The position numbers were made by a program, and so were the translations under genes. Of a stretch of DNA of 64,000 nt, positions 57,426 through 64,000 are shown piece after piece. The notes below the pieces were generated by a model, which ran no database searches, was not told where the DNA came from, and was given only the letters and a program-made list of their open reading frames with translations. Each line of letters starts with the position of its first letter. Within the stretch, counting starts at the first letter, position 1. Origin of the DNA: an uncultured Gemmatimonadales bacterium (GTDB lineage Bacteria > Gemmatimonadota > Gemmatimonadetes > Gemmatimonadales > Gemmatimonadaceae); contig OY969695.1 in the NCBI GenBank assembly GCA_963701965.1, forward strand, positions 3,552,001-3,616,000. The letters run 5' to 3'.

Positions 57426-59627
57426 ATGCACGTCCGTGGAGCGCGGTCCGCCATTGCGATAGCCATGGTGATCGCTTGTAGTACCATCATCGCGTCGTGC
57501 GGGGGCTCCCCGACGACGCCCGCAAACAAGAGCGCGCTCACACTCGCGGACACGGCGGTCACTTTCGTCTCCGAGCTCGGCACGGGCGATCCCGCTGCGC
57601 AAACCGTCGCCATCACCAACGGGGGTAGTGGCACGCTGTCCGGCCTGTCGCTGGGCACGGTGACCTATGGCGGCGGCGCGTCGGGCTGGCTCAGCGCCAC
57701 GCTGAGCGGCGCGAGCGCGCCGGCCACGATCTCGCTCAAGGCAAAAGCGGGACAGCTCGCGGTCGGCCTGTACACGGCGACGGTCCCGGTCACGGCCGCT
57801 GGCGGGTCGCCGCCGCGCTCGCTCGTCGTGGCGTTCAACGTGGCACCGGTCGCGGGCACGACGACGCTCTCGGCCGCGGGCGTGTCGCAGACGTTCCTCA
57901 CGAATGCGTCGTTCGCCACCAACCTCGCCGTCACCGCGGGCGCCCGATATCTGATCGCGGTCGTCAACACCGACACCAGCTCCGCGGTCAACGAAGACTT
58001 CACGCTGTTCGGCGCGACCCTGGGTGGCGGCGCGCAGGTCGTGACCGCCATGCCACCGCGACGGGCTCTGGTCCGCGCCGCGGTCGCGACCACCGCGCGG
58101 GCGCCGCGCTTCGAGCTGGGACCCAATGCCAAGCGGCTGGCGTCCCTCAAGCGGATGCAGGCGAATCACCTGCGCATGCTCGATCGCAACCGGACAATGG
58201 TTCAGCAATTCCGGGCGGCGGGACGGCTGTCGGCCGCGTCCGCCGCGCCGCGCCAACGGGCGCAAGGCGCGATCTCGCAGACGATCGGGACCGTGAACAA
58301 GATCTACATCGCGTCCTCGTTCGGCGGCACGTGCACTGACGTCGACTCGATCGGCGCCCGCACGGTCGCGGTGGGCCAGCACATCATCGTGCTCGCCGAC
58401 ACCAATCGGACGCTGTGGCCGGATTCGCTGCGCGACTCGGCCTTTTACCAGACGTTCGCCAATGAGTACGATGCCGTCACGTTCCCGCACATCAAGACCT
58501 TCATCGGCGATCCGCTGGCCCTCGATGCCCAGCTCTCGGGGCTGGGCAAGGTCACCGTGACGATCTCGCCGGTGCTGAACAACTTCGGCGGTGGCATCGT
58601 GGCGTTCGTCAACTCGTGCGACTTCTTCCCGGTTGTGGCGCCGGGCAAGGCGAACGCCGACTTGGACAACTTCACGGAGATGTTCTACTACTTCGCGCCC
58701 GACCCGAAGCTCGGGTGGACCATCAGTGGTGGCAACCCGTGGGGCATGCTGATGCGCGCCACGGCCGCGCACGAGACGAAGCACATCGTGTCGTACACGG
58801 ATCGCCTGACGAACAACAGCCCGTCGTTCGAGGAGCGCTGGCTGGAGGAGGGGCTGGCCCAGGAGTCGTCGGAGATCTGGGAGCGAAACTTCAGCCACGT
58901 CACCTGGAAGGGGAACGCGAACTTCGACCAGACCGTCGGCTGTGAGATTTTCCTGGGTCCCAACGGTCCGCAGTGCAACGTGGGTAACAACAATCCGATC
59001 GCGCTCACCGGCAGTCATCTGCCGTTCCTGTTCGACTACCTCAATGCCGAGAGCACCTCGCCGACGGGGCTCGGGTTCGGCAATGCCGGCAACAACGCCA
59101 CGCCGACCAACTACGGCGCGGGATGGGAATTCGCGCGCTGGGCCACGGACCAGTACGCGACGTCGGAGGCCACGTTCATCCAATCCCTGGTCAACGACCC
59201 GACGCTGACCGGGATGGCCAACGTGTCGCAGCATACCGGGAAGACGGTCCAGGAGCTGCTCGTCTACTGGAACCTGGCCACGGCGATCTTCGACACGGCG
59301 ACGTACACGGCCGCTGACGTGCGCACGACGATCCCCAGCTTCAATTTCGGCAACATTTTCTTCGTGGCCCAGTCGGACCTGACCTGCGGCGGAACACCCT
59401 GTGGATTGTTCACCCAGTCCGGCAAGCCGGTCTTCCCGATCCAACCCGACACGATGAGCACAGGGCCGATCAGCGCGACGGTGACGGGCATGCCCGGCAC
59501 CACGGCATCGTACTTCCTGCTCTCGGCGCCGGCGGCCGGCACGCAATACCTGCAGCTCTTGAGTGGCACGGGCGGCGCGCTGTCGACGTCGAGCGGGTTG
59601 CGCGTCGGAATTATTCGGGTCAAATGA
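57426..59627 (+). CDS. large lipoprotein with Ig-like N-terminal domain and HExxH zinc-metallopeptidase-like domain
   Basis: GGAGG SD, lipobox IASC, TAAHETKH followed by WLEEGLA. Confidence 0.75.
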   Translation: MHVRGARSAIAIAMVIACSTIIASCGGSPTTPANKSALTLADTAVTFVSELGTGDPAAQTVAITNGGSGTLSGLSLGTVTYGGGASGWLSATLSGASAPATISLKAKAGQLAVGLYTATVPVTAAGGSPPRSLVVAFNVAPVAGTTTLSAAGVSQTFLTNASFATNLAVTAGARYLIAVVNTDTSSAVNEDFTLFGATLGGGAQVVTAMPPRRALVRAAVATTARAPRFELGPNAKRLASLKRMQANHLRMLDRNRTMVQQFRAAGRLSAASAAPRQRAQGAISQTIGTVNKIYIASSFGGTCTDVDSIGARTVAVGQHIIVLADTNRTLWPDSLRDSAFYQTFANEYDAVTFPHIKTFIGDPLALDAQLSGLGKVTVTISPVLNNFGGGIVAFVNSCDFFPVVAPGKANADLDNFTEMFYYFAPDPKLGWTISGGNPWGMLMRATAAHETKHIVSYTDRLTNNSPSFEERWLEEGLAQESSEIWERNFSHVTWKGNANFDQTVGCEIFLGPNGPQCNVGNNNPIALTGSHLPFLFDYLNAESTSPTGLGFGNAGNNATPTNYGAGWEFARWATDQYATSEATFIQSLVNDPTLTGMANVSQHTGKTVQELLVYWNLATAIFDTATYTAADVRTTIPSFNFGNIFFVAQSDLTCGGTPCGLFTQSGKPVFPIQPDTMSTGPISATVTGMPGTTASYFLLSAPAAGTQYLQLLSGTGGALSTSSGLRVGIIRVK

Positions 59628-60091
59628 CCCGCGGTGTGCTGGCCCTCGCGCTCGCCGCTGGCCTGGCGGCCTGCGCGACGGCCGGCCGCGCGGCTCCCGT
59701 CCAGCGCGACTCGCTGGTCGGCCACTTGCAGATCGTGGGCACGGACGCGTTGCCGCGGACCGTGCTCGTGCCCGATGACGGAACCCTGTCCGTGACGTTG
59801 GTCGGACCGCCCGCGCTGCGCCGCCTGGGCGGACTGGGCGTCGAGATCGAGGGGACGCGGGCCGGAAGCCAGTTCACCGTGCAGCGTTTCACGGTCGTCT
59901 CCGCCAACGGTCTCGAGGCCACGGACGGGCGGCTCGTCGACGATGGCGGCACGCTCTCCATCGTCACCGCGGATGGCGTCCGCCACGCGCTGGTGCGCCC
60001 GTCCTCGAATCTCCGCGCCCACGTCGGGGGGCGCGTGTGGGTCTCGGGTCCGCTGGACCGCGAGCCCGTGGCCTACGGGATCATCGAGTAA
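59624..60091 (+). CDS. hypothetical lipoprotein
   Basis: ATGA overlap; lipobox LAAC. Confidence 0.7.
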   Translation: MTRGVLALALAAGLAACATAGRAAPVQRDSLVGHLQIVGTDALPRTVLVPDDGTLSVTLVGPPALRRLGGLGVEIEGTRAGSQFTVQRFTVVSANGLEATDGRLVDDGGTLSIVTADGVRHALVRPSSNLRAHVGGRVWVSGPLDREPVAYGIIE

Positions 60092-61062
60092 GCGGCCCGT
60101 TCGCGGAGCTGCTCGACATAGGCCGCGATGCCGCGCTCCAGCGACGCAAAGGGCGCGACATACCCCGTCTCCTCCCGCAGCCGCCGCACGTTCGCCTGCG
60201 TGAAGTACTGGTAGCGCGACCGGATCTCCGGCGGTGTGTCAATGAACGCCACGGTCTCGCCGACGCCGAGCGCCCGGCACACGCCACAGGCGAGGTCGAG
60301 ATACGTGCGCGAGACGCCGGAACCGAGGTTCCGAATGCCCCGGGGCACGCGCGCCACGAGCGCGTGGGACAGCACAGAGACGACGTCGCGCACATCGACG
60401 AAATCCCGCGACTGGTGTCCGTCCGGCACGTCCACCCGGTGGCTCCGGAAAAGCCGTACCGGCCCGCCTGCGCGCGCCTGGTCGTAGGCGTGCAGCACCA
60501 CGCTCGCCATCCGGCCCTTATGGCGCTCGCCGTAGCCGTACACGTTGAAGAACTTCCACCCGGACCACGCTGGAGGCGCCGCGCCCGCGCGCTCCTGGGC
60601 CAGCGCCCAGAGATCGAACGCCAGCTTCGACCTCCCGTACGCATTGAGGGGCACGAGTCGCGGCAACCGCGATTCGTCGTCGTCGTACCCGTTGGCGCCG
60701 TCCCCGTAGGTCGCGGCGCTCGACGCGTAGACGAACGGCACGCCGTGCGCGGTCGCAAAGGTCCACAACCGTTGGGAATACGCCACGTTGACGCGCGCCA
60801 GAAACTGCTCGTCGGTCTCGGTCGTATCGGTGCACGCGCCGAGGTGGACGATGCCCCCTAACGCCGGCTCCGTGGCCGCCAGCCAGTCGAACAGCGCGTC
60901 GCGGCCGACCATGGTGCCGAAATCCGCGCCCGCGTGTTCCGGCCGGGTGTCGAAATGCGCCGGTTCGTCGACCGAGATGACCGGAATCCCGTCGTGGCGG
61001 CACCGCTCCACGAATTGATACCCCACGAAACCCGCGGCGCCGGTGACGAGAATGGGCAGCAT
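60073..61062 (-). CDS. hldD: ADP-L-glycero-D-manno-heptose 6-epimerase
   Basis: ILVTGAAGFVG, HLGACTDT, YASSAATYGDG, PLNAYGRSK, FFNVYGYGERHKGRMASV, YQYFTQA. Confidence 0.9.
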   Translation of the reverse strand: MLPILVTGAAGFVGYQFVERCRHDGIPVISVDEPAHFDTRPEHAGADFGTMVGRDALFDWLAATEPALGGIVHLGACTDTTETDEQFLARVNVAYSQRLWTFATAHGVPFVYASSAATYGDGANGYDDDESRLPRLVPLNAYGRSKLAFDLWALAQERAGAAPPAWSGWKFFNVYGYGERHKGRMASVVLHAYDQARAGGPVRLFRSHRVDVPDGHQSRDFVDVRDVVSVLSHALVARVPRGIRNLGSGVSRTYLDLACGVCRALGVGETVAFIDTPPEIRSRYQYFTQANVRRLREETGYVAPFASLERGIAAYVEQLRERAAYSMIP

Positions 61063-61110
61063 GTCATGTATATTACAAGCAGACCCCACACGACGATGGA
61101 GCGGATTGCC

Positions 61111-61548
61111 ATGTATGATGAGCGGATGGTCGCCCCGATGCGGCAGGAACTGACACGGCTCGGCGTAGAAGAGCTTCGGACCGCGGATGCGGTGGATGCC
61201 AAGCTGCGCGAGACGCCAGGGACGACGCTGGTCGTCGTGAACTCGGTCTGCGGATGCGCGGCGCGCAACGCCCGGCCGGCGGTTGCCCGGGCTCTGCAGC
61301 ACGATGTCCGGCCTCAGGCGCTGACGACGGTGTTCGCCGGCCAGGATGTCGAAGCCACCCAGCGGGCGCGCGGGTACTTCGCGGGCTACGCGCCATCGTC
61401 TCCGTCGATCGGGCTCCTCAAGAACGGCAAGGTCGTGTTCATGCTGGAGCGGTATCAAATCGAGGGACGCTCGTCCGAGGACATCGCGCGCGACCTGACG
61501 GCGGCCTTCGACAAGCATTGCAACGAGACGCTGGCCGGCCGCCCGTAA
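61111..61548 (+). CDS. bacilliredoxin BrxA/BrxB (YphP/YqiW) family
   Basis: PMRQELTRLG, VNSVCGCAARNARP (CGC motif), TVFAGQD, PSSPSI, IEGR. Confidence 0.9.
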   Translation: MYDERMVAPMRQELTRLGVEELRTADAVDAKLRETPGTTLVVVNSVCGCAARNARPAVARALQHDVRPQALTTVFAGQDVEATQRARGYFAGYAPSSPSIGLLKNGKVVFMLERYQIEGRSSEDIARDLTAAFDKHCNETLAGRP

Positions 61549-61557
61549 CGCCTCCCG

Positions 61558-62226
61558 GTGCGCCTCCTGATCGTCGAAGACGATCCGGAGCTGGCGTCGA
61601 TCCTGGCGGAGGGATTCGGCGACCAGCGCCATGAAGTTGTGGTCGCGGCCGACGTACCAGCGGCCCGCGAGCGCGCGGCGCTCGGCACCTACGACGTCAT
61701 GATCCTCGACGTCATGCTCCCCGGCGGCAGCGGGTTCGACTTGTGCGCGCTGATCCGCTCGCGGGGCATCGCGACGCCGATCCTCATGCTGACGGCGCGC
61801 GACGCCGTCGACGACCGCGTGCGGGGCCTCGAGGCCGGGGCCGACGACTACCTCACCAAACCCTTTGCGTTTCGCGAGCTGCTGGCGCGGGTCCGCGCCC
61901 TGGCCCGCCGCCAGCCGGCGCTCGCCCCGCAGCGCGTCCGCGTGGCGGACCTCGACGTCGATCTCGATACGCGCGAGGTGCGCCGCGGACATCGCGCGAT
62001 CCCGCTGACCGCGAAGGAGTTCGCCCTCCTCGAGTTTTTCACGCGGCACGAAGGCAAGGTCGTGGACCGGGCGGCGATCGCCGCGCACGTGTGGGACGAC
62101 AACCACGATCCCTTCACCAACGTGCTGGAGGTGCTCGTCCGCCGGCTGCGCCGCAAGATCGACAATGAGTTCGAGCCCAAGCTGATCCACACCGTGCGCG
62201 GCGCGGGCTACCGGTTCGGCGTCTAG
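61558..62226 (+). CDS. OmpR-family response regulator (CusR/CzcR-like)
   Basis: LLIVEDD, ILDVMLP, GADDYLTKPF, LTAKEFALL, IHTVRGAGY. Confidence 0.93.
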   Translation: MRLLIVEDDPELASILAEGFGDQRHEVVVAADVPAARERAALGTYDVMILDVMLPGGSGFDLCALIRSRGIATPILMLTARDAVDDRVRGLEAGADDYLTKPFAFRELLARVRALARRQPALAPQRVRVADLDVDLDTREVRRGHRAIPLTAKEFALLEFFTRHEGKVVDRAAIAAHVWDDNHDPFTNVLEVLVRRLRRKIDNEFEPKLIHTVRGAGYRFGV

Positions 62227-62227
62227 C

Positions 62228-63523
62228 GTGCAGCCGCTCACCCGGCTGCGGCTTCGCCTTACGGCGTGGTACGCCGGGACGTTCAGCTTGATCCTCGCCG
62301 TCCTGGGGATCTCGGCGTTCACGATCATTGCGCGCCAGTTGTCGAACGAGCTGACGGAGTCCCTGCGCGCCGCGACGCGCGCCGCCGAGCGGGCCACGCA
62401 GATTCGCGAACGCGAGGCCGCGATGGGCTCGAGCCACGTCGTCAATGCCTTCGATGAGCTGGTCATTCCCGGCCGTTCGCTCTTTCTCTTCGATACCGCC
62501 GGCATCCCGATTACCCCCGCCAGCGCGCCAGGGTCGGTCCGCGCGTCGGCGATCCGGGCGGCCAAGGACGGCGTCGACGACAAGCACTTCAAGATGGCGC
62601 ACGATCTGCCCGACGAGCAGAAGTATCAGGTGCATTCGGAACGGTTCGCCGGTCCCAGTGGCCGGCACTACGTCGTCTCCGTGCTCGCCGACCGCATCGA
62701 GCTGGAGGACCGATACGCCGCGATCATTGCGGGGCTGGCGGCCGCCGCGGCGTTCGCGGTGTTGCTCGTGGCCGTGGGCGGGTGGTTTCTCGCCCGGAAG
62801 GCGATCGCGCCGATCGAGCGCAATCTGGCCTACGTCCGGCGTTTCGTGGCCGATGCCGCGCACGAGTTGCGCACGCCGGTCTCCGTGCTCCGGAGCCGGG
62901 CCGACGTCGCGCTCCAGCGCGAGCGGAAACCCGAGGCCTACGTCGACACGATCACCGCCGTCGGCCTGGAAGCCGCGCGCATGGGCCGGATCGTCGACGA
63001 TCTCCTCATGCTGGCCCGCGCCGACGCCGGCGAACGCACCATGGTCCGCGAGCGATTCTATCTGGATGACCTGGCGCTCGACGCGGTGAGCGGCGTCCGG
63101 GTGCTCGCCGGGACGCGCGACGTGGATGTCGACGTCCGGGACTTCGAGGAGGCGCCGGTCGATGGCGATCCTACGCTCATTCGCCAACTCTTGCTCATCC
63201 TCCTGGACAACGCGGTGAAATTCACACCGCCGGGCGGACGCGTGTCGCTCAGCGTGCGGTCCGGCGACGGGAAGGCTATCGTGAGCGTCGCCGACACCGG
63301 CGTCGGCATCACGCCAGCGGATCTGCCCCGCGTCTACGACCGCTTCTATCGCGGCGATGACGCCCGCCGCCGCACCAATGGCGCCGGTCTCGGACTTTCC
63401 ATCGCCAAATGGATCGCCGACGCGCACGGGGCGTCGATCGAGATGGTTTCCTCCCCTGGTCAAGGCACACGGGTCATCGTTCAATTTCCCTCTGCCCCAG
63501 CCGTCATCGCCTCGCCCGTGTAA
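62228..63523 (+). CDS. membrane sensor histidine kinase
   Basis: Two TM helices, ADAAHELRTP, LLDNAVKFT, DTGVGI, GAGLGLSI. Confidence 0.93.
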   Translation: MQPLTRLRLRLTAWYAGTFSLILAVLGISAFTIIARQLSNELTESLRAATRAAERATQIREREAAMGSSHVVNAFDELVIPGRSLFLFDTAGIPITPASAPGSVRASAIRAAKDGVDDKHFKMAHDLPDEQKYQVHSERFAGPSGRHYVVSVLADRIELEDRYAAIIAGLAAAAAFAVLLVAVGGWFLARKAIAPIERNLAYVRRFVADAAHELRTPVSVLRSRADVALQRERKPEAYVDTITAVGLEAARMGRIVDDLLMLARADAGERTMVRERFYLDDLALDAVSGVRVLAGTRDVDVDVRDFEEAPVDGDPTLIRQLLLILLDNAVKFTPPGGRVSLSVRSGDGKAIVSVADTGVGITPADLPRVYDRFYRGDDARRRTNGAGLGLSIAKWIADAHGASIEMVSSPGQGTRVIVQFPSAPAVIASPV

Positions 63524-63607
63524 TCCTGACGACAGGTCGCATCCGCTAGCGTTCGCCTGCGAGCCGGAGCGTGCTCCCGGTCCCTGCTTCTTCCTTTCGA
63601 CCGCCAG

Positions 63608-64000
63608 ATGCCGTTTCGGATAGCTCTCGTAGGCGCAATTGTTGGGCTTCTCGGTAGGGCGCTTCCCGCTCAAACTCCCCAACCGCTGACCTTGCGGGAC
63701 GCCGTCGACTCGGCGGAGGCGCGCGGCACGCGCGTGGCGCTGGCGCGGGCCGACTCCGCGGCCTCGCGCGCCGGGGTGACGGCGGCGCGCGAGTGGCCGA
63801 ATCCGGCCGTGAACTTTCAGTACACGCGGGACGAGCCCCACTATCACGGCTTCCTCGAACTGCCCATCGACTACCCCTGGCTCCGCCGCGCCCGCGTCCA
63901 CAGCGCCGAGCTGGCGAGCCACTCGGCCGGCTACCGGTTCGCCTTCGAACGCGCCGGCGCCCGGTTCGACGCCGAGACGACGTACGTGCGCGCCCAGGTG
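63608..64000 (+). CDS. TolC/CzcC-like outer-membrane efflux protein, 3'-truncated by window edge
   Basis: MPFRIALVGAIVGLLGRALPAQ signal, LTLRDAV, AAREWPNP, LPIDYPWLRRARV; frame open to the end. Confidence 0.75.
   Translation, partial: MPFRIALVGAIVGLLGRALPAQTPQPLTLRDAVDSAEARGTRVALARADSAASRAGVTAAREWPNPAVNFQYTRDEPHYHGFLELPIDYPWLRRARVHSAELASHSAGYRFAFERAGARFDAETTYVRAQV

Noticed and set aside
60073..62592. 839-aa ORF suggesting a large fusion to the heptose epimerase
   Set aside because: The upstream part is antisense to brx and the response regulator; real start is ATG 61062.
63524..63607. Short hairpin and possible OmpR-type box upstream of the CzcC-like gene
   Set aside because: No clear direct or inverted repeat matching a known box; hairpin lacks a U-tract.

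Overview
GC-rich bacterial chromosomal segment with dense genes and no visible rRNA, tRNA, CRISPR array, IS element or prophage. The gene repertoire (SARP/BTAD-TPR membrane activator, large outer-membrane barrel, many lipoproteins, bacilliredoxin) suggests Gemmatimonadota; this is an inference. Contents in order: late cobalamin genes (cobD-like, cobO; cobT, cobS coupled behind an MFP-RND-OMF pump), a DHA2 MFS transporter, two paralogous TPR proteins, a cupredoxin, amidase, fabF, FUSC protein, D-amino-acid aminotransferase, a sulfurtransferase-aminotransferase operon, a P450 divergent from TetR-TolC-MFP-RND, cydAB, an RCC1 + copper radical oxidase pair, pruA, SWIB protein, lepB, signalling proteins, thrB/hom/thrC, a HExxH lipoprotein, hldD, bacilliredoxin, a two-component system and a partial CzcC-like OMF. 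The most notable signal lies below the ORF-track size cut-off: two complete ribosome-dependent transcription attenuators. One is an apparently leaderless Cys-rich leader peptide (MHCAVTMLCCARC...) with alternative antiterminator/terminator pairing ahead of the sulfurtransferase-aminotransferase operon. The other is a Thr-rich leader (MPTTVTTT) ahead of hom-thrC. Many genes have a TAnnnT box 5-8 nt before the start codon, suggesting leaderless mRNAs. Four or five small frameshifts probably reflect assembly errors.
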